A stretch of 64,000 nucleotides of DNA from an uncultured Verrucomicrobiae bacterium (GTDB taxonomy: Bacteria > Verrucomicrobiota > Verrucomicrobiia > Chthoniobacterales > Chthoniobacteraceae): the NCBI GenBank assembly GCA_963836755.1, contig CAWIKF010000002.1, positions 1,920,001-1,984,000 of the forward strand, given 5' to 3'. Made by a program: the position numbers and the translations under genes. This document shows positions 38,817-48,521 of the stretch, one piece after another (within the stretch, counting starts at the first letter, position 1; each line of letters opens with the position of its first letter). The notes under the pieces were generated by a model, which was not told where the DNA came from, searched no databases, and saw only the letters and a program-made list of their open reading frames with translations.

Positions 38817-39794
38817 CTACGTTCCGTTGCTGCCGATATCGTCGGCGAATTCGCCGATCTGGCGGAACTTCGCGTAGCGCTGAGGCAGCAATTTTTCCAG
38901 CGGCATTTTCGTCAGCGCCTGTAGATGCTTGAGGAGAGATTTTTTCAAAGCCGTCGCCGTCTGCGAGGAATTTTGATGCGCGCCGCCCATCGGTTCGGGA
39001 ATCACTTCGTCGATCAATTTTAATTCTTCGAGATCGTTCGCGGTGAGTTTCAACGCCTCCGCAGCCTCGGGTGCGTGGCTTCGATGTTTCCATAAAATCG
39101 CAGCGCAGCCTTCCGGAGAAATGACGGAGTAGTAGGCATTTTCGAGCATGAGCACGCGATCGGCGACGCCAATGCCGAGCGCGCCGCCCGATCCGCCTTC
39201 GCCGATGACCACGGAGATGATCGGAGTTTTTAAAATCATCATCTCGCGCAGGTTCACGGCGATCGCTTCACTGATGTGGCGCTCCTCCGCGCCGATGCCG
39301 GGATAGGCGCCGGGCGTGTCGATAAGCGCAACGACGGGCAGGCCGAATTTTTCGCCGAGTCGCATGAGACGAAGCGCTTTGCGGTAACCTTCGGGATGCG
39401 CGCTGCCGAAATTGCGCTTGAGATTTTCCTTCGTGTCGCGCCCTTTTTGATGGCCGATGACGACGCAGCGGAAGTCACCGATGGTCGCAAGCCCGCCGGG
39501 CATCGATCGATCTTCTCCGAAAAGTCGGTCGCCGTGCAGCTCGATGAAATCGGTAAAAACCGTGGTCAGATAATCGAGGGTGTAAGGGCGCTGTGGATGC
39601 CGTGCGATTTGCACACGCTGCCACGCGGTGAGCCGCTCGTAAGTATTTCTTTTCAGCTCCTCGATTTTCACCTGCATGCGCTTGACCTCGGGGTCGAGGT
39701 TGATGTCCTGCGCGCGCGAATGGCGCTTGAGATCATCGAGTTTGCGCTCGAGCTCGAGGATCGGTTTTTCAAATTCGAGCGGCTGCGTCTTCAT
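38817..39794 (-). CDS. accA: Acetyl-CoA carboxylase carboxyltransferase alpha subunit
   Basis: LEFEKPI, ARHPQRP, GEGGSGGAL. Confidence 0.98.
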   Translation of the reverse strand: MKTQPLEFEKPILELERKLDDLKRHSRAQDINLDPEVKRMQVKIEELKRNTYERLTAWQRVQIARHPQRPYTLDYLTTVFTDFIELHGDRLFGEDRSMPGGLATIGDFRCVVIGHQKGRDTKENLKRNFGSAHPEGYRKALRLMRLGEKFGLPVVALIDTPGAYPGIGAEERHISEAIAVNLREMMILKTPIISVVIGEGGSGGALGIGVADRVLMLENAYYSVISPEGCAAILWKHRSHAPEAAEALKLTANDLEELKLIDEVIPEPMGGAHQNSSQTATALKKSLLKHLQALTKMPLEKLLPQRYAKFRQIGEFADDIGSNGT

Positions 39795-39801
39795 AAGCTC
39801 G

Positions 39802-40629
39802 TCAGCGAATCGTGACGGGAACGCCTTTGGTAAGCAACGCGGAAAGTTCCTGCATGTCCGTTGCACTCAGCGCGATGCCTGCGGCCGTTTTCTCGCCGCC
39901 CTCGGCGGGATCGGTGAAAAGCGTGTAATTTGCCGCGCTCAGCTGCACCCAGAATGACGCGCCAGCGTATTCCTTGGTCCCGAACGCGACGCGCGAGCCA
40001 TGGTTCCACGCCGCGACGTTGGCGACTTTCGCTGTGATCGGCGCGTTGTTTTTCGGCGGCGGCACGGCCCATGTTTTCGCATGATATTGCTTAAAAAATT
40101 TGCCGTGATTGTAGAGCGTGATCATTTTTTCCTTGCGGTTGATCACAACGACGAATTCCGGATGCGAGACGTAGAGCACCTGTCCGATGCTGAGCCGGCG
40201 CGGATCTTCGAGGTTGTTCGAGCGCATGATCAGCTCGCCCGAAACTTTTAATTTCTTCTCGATCTTGATCAACGCATCGCCGCGCTGGATCGTGTATTGC
40301 TCCTTTTCCGGCGAAGGCGTGGCCGAGAAAAAAATATCGACGTTGATTTCGCCGATCGCGTCTTTCGCCGCCTCGAGCTTCGTCGAACCGGGAGAATTTT
40401 CGATGAAGTTTTCAAACGCCGCCCGCGCCTCCACGAGCTTGTGCTGATTTTTCAAAGCCATGCATTTTTCAAATGCCGGGATGGTCGGATCCGGTGGGGG
40501 AGTCGGCGTGCCGAACGCCGCTTCCTCTTTCAATTCCTGCTGCGGCTTGATGAAAAGATCGTAGCCGAAATACGCTGCGCCTCCGAAAATGGCCGCGGCC
40601 AAAATGAGGATGAAGAGCGCCTTTAACAT
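39802..40629 (-). CDS. Membrane-anchored LysM protein with degenerate L,D-transpeptidase (YkuD)-like domain
   Basis: TM, helical region, LysM (YTIQRGD...LSIGQVL), YkuD-like VVINRKEKMITLY...KQY. Confidence 0.8.
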   Translation of the reverse strand: MLKALFILILAAAIFGGAAYFGYDLFIKPQQELKEEAAFGTPTPPPDPTIPAFEKCMALKNQHKLVEARAAFENFIENSPGSTKLEAAKDAIGEINVDIFFSATPSPEKEQYTIQRGDALIKIEKKLKVSGELIMRSNNLEDPRRLSIGQVLYVSHPEFVVVINRKEKMITLYNHGKFFKQYHAKTWAVPPPKNNAPITAKVANVAAWNHGSRVAFGTKEYAGASFWVQLSAANYTLFTDPAEGGEKTAAGIALSATDMQELSALLTKGVPVTIR

Positions 40630-40666
40630 GAGCTGCGGCGCAATTTACACGCGCGTGTCATCGCGT

Positions 40667-41191
40667 CTAAATCAAACCGCGCCGATGCAAATCGCCGAGA
40701 TTTCCGCGGGACGACCGCTGAATGAGATCGACGCTGAACTTCAGCAGACACACTTCCCACGCATCGTCCACGCCTTGGATGATCGTCCGCAGCGGCTCAT
40801 CTTCGGCAGCCGCTTGCTCGCGAACGCGCTCGATCACATCCGTCAGCGGGCTCTGCACGATTTTTTCCACGACATCGGTTTTGCGAAACTGGAAACCGTA
40901 TTTCAAAATCGCAAACTGCTCGGTGTGCGTCTCGATCCAATCGGCAAACTCGCGCGCTTTTTCGCCGAAGCCTTCCAGCAGCAGCCGCGAATAATGGCCC
41001 GGCGTCAGGAGTTGCGGCCGCTCCGCGTGGATGCGGCCATCGCGCACGCGCACTTCATCAACGCGGTCCATCAGCTCGGAGATGAGGTAAAAGCGGAAGC
41101 TCGTCTGGCCGAAAGTCTCGATGCTTTGCTGCGGCGCGAGGAGAATATGCGTGTTTTCGACAGCGTAATTAAAATCGTCCCGACTGAACAT
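40667..41191 (-). CDS. Hypothetical protein
   Basis: Plausible ORF between nadE and the LysM gene; IETFG, GVDDAWEVCLLKF. Confidence 0.85.
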   Translation of the reverse strand: MFSRDDFNYAVENTHILLAPQQSIETFGQTSFRFYLISELMDRVDEVRVRDGRIHAERPQLLTPGHYSRLLLEGFGEKAREFADWIETHTEQFAILKYGFQFRKTDVVEKIVQSPLTDVIERVREQAAAEDEPLRTIIQGVDDAWEVCLLKFSVDLIQRSSRGNLGDLHRRGLI

Positions 41192-41247
41192 TGGCCGCGG
41201 AACATAAGGGCGCCCCGCGCACCGCGCGAGTTATTTTCCGCGCCCGC

Positions 41248-42873
41248 TCAATCGACGAAACGCTGCGCGATCGGCATGCGACGGCCGACGCCGAACGCGC
41301 GGCTCGTCACCTTCAAGCCGGGCGCAGCCTGCGCGCGCTTCCATTCATTTAAATCAACGCGGCGCGTGATCCAGCGCACGATTTTTTCTTCAAAGCCGCG
41401 CGCGATGATGTCTCGCGCCGCCATATTTTCCTCGACGTAAAGCTGCAAAATTTCGTCGAGCAAATCATACGGCGGCAAAGTATCCAGATCGCGCTGATCG
41501 GGTTTCAATTCAGCGCTCGGCGGTTTTTCAATCGTGTTCGCCGGAATGATTTCGCGCTCGCGATTGATCCAGCGCGCGAGTTCGTAAATTTTCGTCTTCG
41601 GCACGTCGCTGATGACTGCGAGGCCGCCGGCCATGTCGCCATAAATCGTGCAATAGCCGACCGCCAGTTCGCTTTTGTTCCCCGTCGTCAAAAGCAGATG
41701 TCCGAACTTGTTTGAGAGCGCCATCAGCGTCATCGCGCGCAATCGCGGCTGCATATTTTCCTCAGTCGTATCCTCCGGCAAACCGGCAAAAATGTTCGTG
41801 AACTGTTGTTTAAAAGATTCAAAGGCGCGTTGGATCGAAATTTCATGGCATTTGATGCCGATCTTTTTCGCGAGCGCGAGCGAATCTTCGATGCTGCCGC
41901 GCGAGGAAAACTGCGTCGGCATCGTCACGCCGAGCACATTTTCAGCGCCGAGCGCCGCGGCCGCGATGACTGCGGTCACGGCGGAATCGATGCCGCCGCT
42001 CAATCCAAGCACGACGGATTTGAAGCCGCATTTTTGAATGTAATCGCGCAGCCCAAGCACGAGTGCGTGAAACAATTCCTCCGGCTCATTTTGAAAGTTT
42101 GATTCCATCGCAGCGCTCTCAGAATCAACGATTGCGACCATTTCTTGAAATGCCGGGAGCTGCGCGATGAGCTCGCCGCGCGCGTTGAATGCGACGGAAT
42201 TTCCATCGAAAATCAGCTGGTCGTTTCCGCCCACCGCGTTGCAATAAAAGATCGGGCAGCCGTGCTCCCGCGCGAGTCCGGAAAGCATGTCGTGACGCCG
42301 GCGCGGCTTGCCGAGATTGAACGGCGACGCGCTGATATTTAGAATCATCTCCGCACTTTTTTCCACGAGACAGCCGACCGGATCGCCCGCGTAAAGCCGT
42401 CGCGGCAGATATTTGTGCGTCCAGATGTCCTCGCAAATCGTCAGCCCAAAACTGGTGCCGAGAAACGCCAGCGGTCGCACGCCATCAGCTGGCTCGAAGT
42501 AGCGGTCTTCGTCAAAAACGTCGTAGGTCGGCAGCAGCGACTTGAAGATTTTCTCAGCAGCGCGCCCTCGCTGCAAGATCGCGGCGGCGTTGCGAAAAGG
42601 TCGGCCCGGGCCTTCGTTACAATCGATGTAGCCGGTCACGAGAGGAACGTCGCCGATCTCGCGGTGCAGCTGGTCGAGAATCTCGAGGTTGAGCGGGACG
42701 AAGCGCGATTTGAAAACCAAGTCCTGCGGCGGATAGCCGGTGATCGCTAGCTCAGGCGTGAGCACGATTTGCGCACCGCGGGCCGCCGCGTCGCGATAGG
42801 CGTTTAGGATTTTTTGATGATTCCCAGGCAGGTCGCCGACGACGGGATTGATCTGCGCGAACCCAACTTTCAC
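41248..42873 (-). CDS. nadE: Glutamine-dependent NAD+ synthetase
   Basis: Nitrilase domain (PEL..GYPP, ICED) plus SGGIDS, GNKSE, PPSAEL. Confidence 0.98.
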   Translation of the reverse strand: MKVGFAQINPVVGDLPGNHQKILNAYRDAAARGAQIVLTPELAITGYPPQDLVFKSRFVPLNLEILDQLHREIGDVPLVTGYIDCNEGPGRPFRNAAAILQRGRAAEKIFKSLLPTYDVFDEDRYFEPADGVRPLAFLGTSFGLTICEDIWTHKYLPRRLYAGDPVGCLVEKSAEMILNISASPFNLGKPRRRHDMLSGLAREHGCPIFYCNAVGGNDQLIFDGNSVAFNARGELIAQLPAFQEMVAIVDSESAAMESNFQNEPEELFHALVLGLRDYIQKCGFKSVVLGLSGGIDSAVTAVIAAAALGAENVLGVTMPTQFSSRGSIEDSLALAKKIGIKCHEISIQRAFESFKQQFTNIFAGLPEDTTEENMQPRLRAMTLMALSNKFGHLLLTTGNKSELAVGYCTIYGDMAGGLAVISDVPKTKIYELARWINREREIIPANTIEKPPSAELKPDQRDLDTLPPYDLLDEILQLYVEENMAARDIIARGFEEKIVRWITRRVDLNEWKRAQAAPGLKVTSRAFGVGRRMPIAQRFVD

Positions 42874-43086
42874 GCCCCGATCATTGCCTTGCTATCGTGC
42901 GCGCGTCGAGGGCGTCGTTTGATAAAGGCTGGTTTTCCAACCGTCATTCGACTCGTAAAACGCCTCCTGCACGATGTGCACATAAACGTAAAAAAGGCAC
43001 GCGGCGAAGAACGAGCAAATCATCGTCAGTAAAACTTTTTGAAAAAACGTGGCCTGCATTTGATGGAGTGGTTTGTTTAAAGCTTG

Positions 43087-43758
43087 TCACCAAAATCCCC
43101 ACTGGCGGGTTTGCATGACGTAGATACCCAAAAGCAGGTTTGTGGCCGCGTGCGCGAAAAAACACGAGGCAAGGCTACGAGTCCGGTAGGCGACAAAGTT
43201 AAATGCCGCGCCGGTGACCAGTGCCGACACGAACTCCGGCCCGGAATGCGCGAGAGCGAAAAGGACGCTCACGGCCGTGAAAGAAAAAAGTGAAAAAGTG
43301 CCAAAAGGAACTTGTTCAAAATCGCGATCGACAAGCTCGCGCAACAAAAAACCGCGCCAAAAAATTTCCTCGAGCAAAGGCACGACGATCACAAGCCGCA
43401 CGAAGCGCAGACTCAGCACCGTGACGAAAAGTGGATGATTGTTTTGAAAAAGTGTCGGATCAAATCCATCGCGGCGCGCAGCGATGTGGAAGAGCGCCTG
43501 TGGCGAAATCCAGATTACGAAGACGAGAATCGCGATGGCTGTCGCGAAGCAGATTTTCTTCACATCGCCGAAGTCGTAGCGCCTCCAAAAAAATAGCAGC
43601 AGCGCTCCGCAGACGAGCGTTTGAATCGGAAAAATAATCTGCTGCGGAGCGTTGGCGTAAGGCGAGTGTGGAGCAATGCTGCTGACGAGCGGCGTTACGG
43701 CCAGCAGCAACATGAAGACGGCAAATGGCGCGATGTAAGCTGTGTAGTGTCTCGTCAT
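43087..43758 (-). CDS. CAAX prenyl protease-related (CPBP/Abi) membrane protein
   Basis: EEIFWRG, FALAH, HAATN. Confidence 0.92.
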   Translation of the reverse strand: MTRHYTAYIAPFAVFMLLLAVTPLVSSIAPHSPYANAPQQIIFPIQTLVCGALLLFFWRRYDFGDVKKICFATAIAILVFVIWISPQALFHIAARRDGFDPTLFQNNHPLFVTVLSLRFVRLVIVVPLLEEIFWRGFLLRELVDRDFEQVPFGTFSLFSFTAVSVLFALAHSGPEFVSALVTGAAFNFVAYRTRSLASCFFAHAATNLLLGIYVMQTRQWGFW

Positions 43759-44017
43759 GCGCGACCTTCACGCTACCGAGCCGGCCTTTGGAAAACCAGA
43801 AATCGATCCCGAGCAATTGCTGAAACTGCTCGACCTGCAACTCGTGGCGCAGCGCGGCAAGCGGCATGAACACAGCAATCGCACGGCATTCCGCGTCGGC
43901 GCGCTGGTTCTGATCGTGGTGATGACTGTGGTCGCTTTGCTGATGCTACAATGGATGATGCCGCCCGCGCCGCCACGATCCGCGCCATCAGCAAAAGTGT
44001 CTGAAGCCGCGCGGTAA
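43757..44017 (+). CDS. Small single-pass membrane protein
   Basis: PEQLLKLLDLQL..R + TM + P-rich tail; start uncertain. Confidence 0.55.
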   Translation: MRDLHATEPAFGKPEIDPEQLLKLLDLQLVAQRGKRHEHSNRTAFRVGALVLIVVMTVVALLMLQWMMPPAPPRSAPSAKVSEAAR

Positions 44018-44043
44018 TCTCATTTCGTAGAAACACAGCGGCA

Positions 44044-44059
44044 CGGCATTCAATCTGCT
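44044..44059 (+). promoter_or_regulatory. Putative sigma54 promoter of the pilM-like operon
   Basis: CGGCATTCAATCTGCT = GG-N10-GC. Confidence 0.5.
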
Positions 44060-44071
44060 TTTTAAAGATCG

Positions 44072-45109
44072 ATGGCTAAAATTCCCAGTTCGGTAATCGG
44101 CGTAGACCTCGGCCGCTTTTCGCTGAAGTCCGTTTCCTTGCAGCGTAAAGGCGCGAACCGTTTCGTGCTCAACAATTACGCGTTGCGCATTATGCAAAAG
44201 ACGCCGGAGACGGCTGACGATCTCGCGGCGGAGCTGAAGCTGCTTTTTAAGGACATGGGCGGCGCGGCGAAAAATTGCGTCGTCGCAGTATCAAGTGCGG
44301 AATCGCTCATTCGCATCATCGAGCAACCGGAAACGCCGACGGAAATTTTGCGCGATGCGCTGCGTCTCAACGGCATGACTTTGCTCAACCAGGACGTGAA
44401 GGAATTCGTGCTGGACTGCGATCCGGTCACGCCGATCACGCCTGCTGCGGAAGGCATGCCGGCGGTCGGCCGCTATCTCGTCTGCGGAATTCCGCGGGCG
44501 CATCTCGCGCAGGTCGACGAGGCATTTCAAAAGCACAGGAAAAACTCCGTGCACAACGTGCAGCTCGCGCCGGTCTGCATTTTCAACGCTTTCGAATTTG
44601 CCAATCCCGAGACTTTCAACAACGAAGCGTTCGTGCTGGTCGACATCGGGCATCGGGCGGCGACCGTGACGGTCGGCGTCAAAAAAGAATTGATGCTCGT
44701 GCGCGCCATCGAATTCGGCGGTCAGACTTTGATCGATTCACTCATCAGCAATGGCGCGCCGGACAGCGAGGCAGCGCTTTTGCATCTCGAGGAAAATGAT
44801 GAGCTGACCGTGGACGCCGCGCGTCTGGCGCTGACGATCCTCACGCGGGAGATCAGCAGTTCGATTGGATTTTTCGAAGGCCGACGCGAGGAGACGATTC
44901 CGAAGATTTTTGTTTCCGGCGGCATCGCGCGCTCGAAGGCGCTGCTGCGGATTTTGTCGGAGGAATTGGAAATGCCGTGCGAGGCATGGGACCCGTTCAA
45001 GTCGTGCGAGCTTTCGCTGCCGGCGAATCGGAAAAAGTTGCTCGCGGAAGATTTGGTCAGCCTGAACGTCGCGTGCGGCGCGGCGGCGGAGGCTTTGAAA
45101 GGAATCTAA
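44072..45109 (+). CDS. pilM: Type IV pilus assembly protein PilM-like (actin/FtsA fold)
   Basis: IGVDLG..SLK, VDIGH, IFVSGG, WDPF, ACGAA. Confidence 0.85.
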   Translation: MAKIPSSVIGVDLGRFSLKSVSLQRKGANRFVLNNYALRIMQKTPETADDLAAELKLLFKDMGGAAKNCVVAVSSAESLIRIIEQPETPTEILRDALRLNGMTLLNQDVKEFVLDCDPVTPITPAAEGMPAVGRYLVCGIPRAHLAQVDEAFQKHRKNSVHNVQLAPVCIFNAFEFANPETFNNEAFVLVDIGHRAATVTVGVKKELMLVRAIEFGGQTLIDSLISNGAPDSEAALLHLEENDELTVDAARLALTILTREISSSIGFFEGRREETIPKIFVSGGIARSKALLRILSEELEMPCEAWDPFKSCELSLPANRKKLLAEDLVSLNVACGAAAEALKGI

Positions 45110-45110
45110 A

Positions 45111-45767
45111 ATGGCACTGCGCATCAATCTTTACCACGAGGCGCTCAAGCAGCAGCAGGCGCGCCGGCGCGACCCGCTGAAGCTCGGGATGTTTGGCCTG
45201 GCTTTCATCGGCGTCTGCTTTGTCCTCTATTATATTTGCCGCTTGAGCACGGTGCATGATTTGAACAATCGCGTGGCCGTGCTGCAGCAGGAGTGGGCGA
45301 AATGTGAGCCGCGCGAAAAAGCCGCGAAGGCTCGCGAGGACGAATTGGAGACGAAGAAGAAACTGACCGACGCGCTGGTCGCGCGGATTGAAACGCGGTT
45401 TTATTGGGCGCCCGTTCTCGATGAAATTCTCGAAAGTGTGCCGCGCGAAATTCAGCTCACGCGTCTCGATGGTGGGCTGGTAAAAGATCACGAAGGCGAG
45501 GTGACGCTGATGGTGAATGGGATTTCCGGAAGCGCTGCGCCGCGTCAGGCGGCGGAGGAATTGCGCACGACGATCGATGAAAAATTCGGCACGAAGTTCA
45601 AGAAAGTCGCATCGCATTTCAACCTGCTCGATGACTCGGATGTCAGCGTCACGCTCGACGGCCAAACGCGAGCGACGGCGAATTTCGCGATAGAATTTCA
45701 ACTGCACACACAACCGGAAACCGTTCCCGCCGCAACGCAGGTTCGTCACAAAATCGCCGCCCAATGA
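45111..45767 (+). CDS. PilN-like protein
   Basis: RINL N-terminal motif, TM, coiled coil, RFYW..VL.EI..VP; follows pilM. Confidence 0.75.
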   Translation: MALRINLYHEALKQQQARRRDPLKLGMFGLAFIGVCFVLYYICRLSTVHDLNNRVAVLQQEWAKCEPREKAAKAREDELETKKKLTDALVARIETRFYWAPVLDEILESVPREIQLTRLDGGLVKDHEGEVTLMVNGISGSAAPRQAAEELRTTIDEKFGTKFKKVASHFNLLDDSDVSVTLDGQTRATANFAIEFQLHTQPETVPAATQVRHKIAAQ

Positions 45768-46315
45768 AACTCGGAAAAGAAGAAATCCAGAAAATCGTCC
45801 TCAGCGTCATGCTCTTCGCCGGCGTGATTTACGGCTACTTTTCATTCTTGCTCGGCCCGCTGGATAAGTCGGAGGCGAACGCGAAAGCAACGATCGCGAC
45901 TCTCGAGCCGCAAATCGCGGAGGCAAAAAAGCAATCGATCAAAACGTCGGCGATGGAACACGACGCGTCGGCGACCGATCAAATGCTCAACCGAATCAAC
46001 GCGCTGATTCCCGAGGGCGCGCCGGTGGCGTGGTTTCCTCCGCGCATGGCGGAATTTTTCAAGCAGCACGGTATCGATAAAGCGGTGACGCATCTCACGA
46101 CCGAGGCGCCGGAAAAAGATCTGACCGGTTTCCGCAAGCTCGGCTGGACGATCGATTTGCCGAGGGCTGAGTTTGCCACGCTTGGCGCGGCGCTCGCGGC
46201 GCTGGAAAACGATGAGCCGCTGCTCGAGATCAACAATGTCAGCGTGGATGCCGGCAAGGAAGAACCGCAGTTCCAGCATGCAACGCTGATCGTTTCAACT
46301 CTCGTCAAACAATGA
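45764..46315 (+). CDS. PilO/GspM-like protein
   Basis: TM, coiled coil, F..LG..LA.LEN..PL.I. Confidence 0.72.
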   Translation: MKLGKEEIQKIVLSVMLFAGVIYGYFSFLLGPLDKSEANAKATIATLEPQIAEAKKQSIKTSAMEHDASATDQMLNRINALIPEGAPVAWFPPRMAEFFKQHGIDKAVTHLTTEAPEKDLTGFRKLGWTIDLPRAEFATLGAALAALENDEPLLEINNVSVDAGKEEPQFQHATLIVSTLVKQ

Positions 46316-46746
46316 ACCGCACACTGTCTACCTTTGTTATCTTAGCAGCATCGATCGCGCTCCACGCGAACGCCGGAGATTTTCCGCTGAAAAATCAGTC
46401 AACTTTTGCGCGGGACAACGGGAAGCACAATCCGTTTTGGCCGATCGGCTGGTCGAAAACTGCCGTCGCGACTTCGACGTCGACTGCGCCTGCGCCGTTG
46501 GTCAAACCCGGCGACTTTGTTGTCACCAGCATTTTACTCAATCAGCCGCCGATCGCGGTGATCAATGGCAAAGAAATGGTCGAGGGCGAAGTTGTTGCGA
46601 TGAATTTTGGCGGACAAAAAGTGAACGTGCAGCTCACCGCTGTGCAGGATGGCCAGGTGATCCTGCGCTACCAGGATCAAAATCTCGTCGTGCCACTGCG
46701 CCGGCGTGAAATCAAGCCCTTCGGCGGCCCGACTGCGACGCGCTGA
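46312..46746 (+). CDS. PilP/GspC-like secreted protein
   Basis: Signal peptide, NPF, VTSIL....AVING.....GE motif. Confidence 0.65.
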   Translation: MNRTLSTFVILAASIALHANAGDFPLKNQSTFARDNGKHNPFWPIGWSKTAVATSTSTAPAPLVKPGDFVVTSILLNQPPIAVINGKEMVEGEVVAMNFGGQKVNVQLTAVQDGQVILRYQDQNLVVPLRRREIKPFGGPTATR

Positions 46747-47934
46747 TCACGCGGCTTTGCTCGCGGTGCGGCATTCGCCGACGAATTCGCCAATGCGCTT
46801 CAACGCGATTTTGATCTGCTCCAGACTGGTCGCGTAGCACGCGCGCACATGGCCTTCACCGCTCGGGCCAAACGCCGGGCCGGGCACAACGGCCACCTGT
46901 TTTTCACGCAAAAGCCGCAACGAAAATTCACGGCTGCTCAAACCGGTGCTCGTGATCTTTGGAAAGACGTAAAACGAGCCGTGCGGCTGGAAGCATTCGA
47001 GCCCGAGGTCATTCAAGCCGCGGACGATGAAATTGCGCCGATGCTCATATTCGCGGCGCATCGCTTCGACATCCGCAGCGCCATTTTCGAGCGCCTCGAG
47101 CGCACCATCCTGCGCGGTGATTGACGCGCACAAAATTCCGTATTGATGAATTTTCATCATCGCCTCGATGAGCGGGGCAGGGGCGCACGCGTAGCCGATC
47201 CGCCAGCCGGTCATCGCGAAGGCCTTCGAAAATCCGTGCAGAAAAATCGTCTGCTCGCGCATGCCCGGTAGCGACGCGATGCTCACGTGCTCCGCGCCGT
47301 CGTAAGTCAGCTCACTGTAGATCTCATCGGTGAGGACGATGAGGTCGTGCTTGATCGCGAGCGCGGCAATTTTTTCGAGCTCCTCGCGGCTCTGCGTCGC
47401 GCCGGTTGGGTTGCACGGAAAATTCAGCATAAGCACCTTAGACGCGGGTGTGATTTTCTTTTCCAATTCACGCGCTGTTAAACGAAAGTTATCGGCAGCG
47501 AATGTCGACACCGCGACGGGAACGCCGTGCGAAAGCGTGATGCTCGGCGCGTAGCTGACGTAGCACGGCTCATGGTAAAGCACCTCGTCGCCAGGATTCA
47601 GCAGCGCGCGCAACGCGAGATCGAGCGCCTCGGAAACGCCGACGGTCACGAGCACTTCGGTCGACGCGTGATATTCGACGGCAAACTTTTTCGCAACGTA
47701 TGCGGCGATCGCGTCGCGCAATTGCGGGAGCCCGAGATTCGATGTGTAACCGGTGCGTCCTTTTTCCAGCGAGTAAATCGCAGCTTCGCGGATGTGCCAC
47801 GGCGTGTCGAAATCCGGCTCGCCGATGCCGAGCGAGATCACATTTTTCATCGACTGCACGATCTCGAAAAAGTCGCGAATGCCCGAGCGCGGGATGTCGC
47901 GCACGTGGTCGGCGATGCGTTTCTGCACGTCCAT
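46747..47934 (-). CDS. Class I/II PLP aminotransferase (YugH-like)
   Basis: SGIR.FF, GEPDF, NPTG, DEIY, GFSKAFAMTGWRIG. Confidence 0.95.
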   Translation of the reverse strand: MDVQKRIADHVRDIPRSGIRDFFEIVQSMKNVISLGIGEPDFDTPWHIREAAIYSLEKGRTGYTSNLGLPQLRDAIAAYVAKKFAVEYHASTEVLVTVGVSEALDLALRALLNPGDEVLYHEPCYVSYAPSITLSHGVPVAVSTFAADNFRLTARELEKKITPASKVLMLNFPCNPTGATQSREELEKIAALAIKHDLIVLTDEIYSELTYDGAEHVSIASLPGMREQTIFLHGFSKAFAMTGWRIGYACAPAPLIEAMMKIHQYGILCASITAQDGALEALENGAADVEAMRREYEHRRNFIVRGLNDLGLECFQPHGSFYVFPKITSTGLSSREFSLRLLREKQVAVVPGPAFGPSGEGHVRACYATSLEQIKIALKRIGEFVGECRTASKAA

Positions 47935-47936
47935 TT

Positions 47937-48416
47937 TTACGGGGCGACTGCGAGACGGACCTCGCGCTTCTCACGATGCAATAGCGCGCCGTTTTCCTTG
48001 TAAGCTTTCAGACGAAAGTGCGACGCGGTGGAAATGACGCCTTTGATCGTGCTCAATTTTTCCGCGATGAATGTGGCCACGGACTGCAACGTCGCGCCCT
48101 CGGCGATGACCAGAAGGTCGTAGCCGCCGCTCATGAGATAGCAGCTTTGCACTTCGCTAAATTTCGCGATGCGCGCGGCGAGCCGATCAAAACCGCCGCC
48201 GCGCTCCGGTGTGATTTTGACCTCAATGACTGCGGTGACGGCGCCGTTGCCAAGCTTCGCGGGATCGACGATCGCCTGGTAGCCGAGGATCACGCCGTCG
48301 CTCTCGAGCTTCGCGATGCGCGCGGTCACATCGGCTTCGCTGAGGTTGAGTTCGCGCGCGAGATCGCCCACGGGAGCGTGCGCGTCCGATTTTAAAAGCT
48401 TGAGCAATTCGTCCAT
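47937..48416 (-). CDS. Lrp/AsnC-family regulator (YugG-like)
   Basis: HTH then YLMSGGYDL, HF.LK.YK. Confidence 0.93.
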   Translation of the reverse strand: MDELLKLLKSDAHAPVGDLARELNLSEADVTARIAKLESDGVILGYQAIVDPAKLGNGAVTAVIEVKITPERGGGFDRLAARIAKFSEVQSCYLMSGGYDLLVIAEGATLQSVATFIAEKLSTIKGVISTASHFRLKAYKENGALLHREKREVRLAVAP

Positions 48417-48521
48417 GAAGGACGGAAAATGTCGGACGGCGCGTTGAGAATGTCGAATATTTTTCCGCCGGGGGCACGTGAAATTCCGACGAGATGTTAA
48501 ACGAACAGGTTCGTTTTGTTT

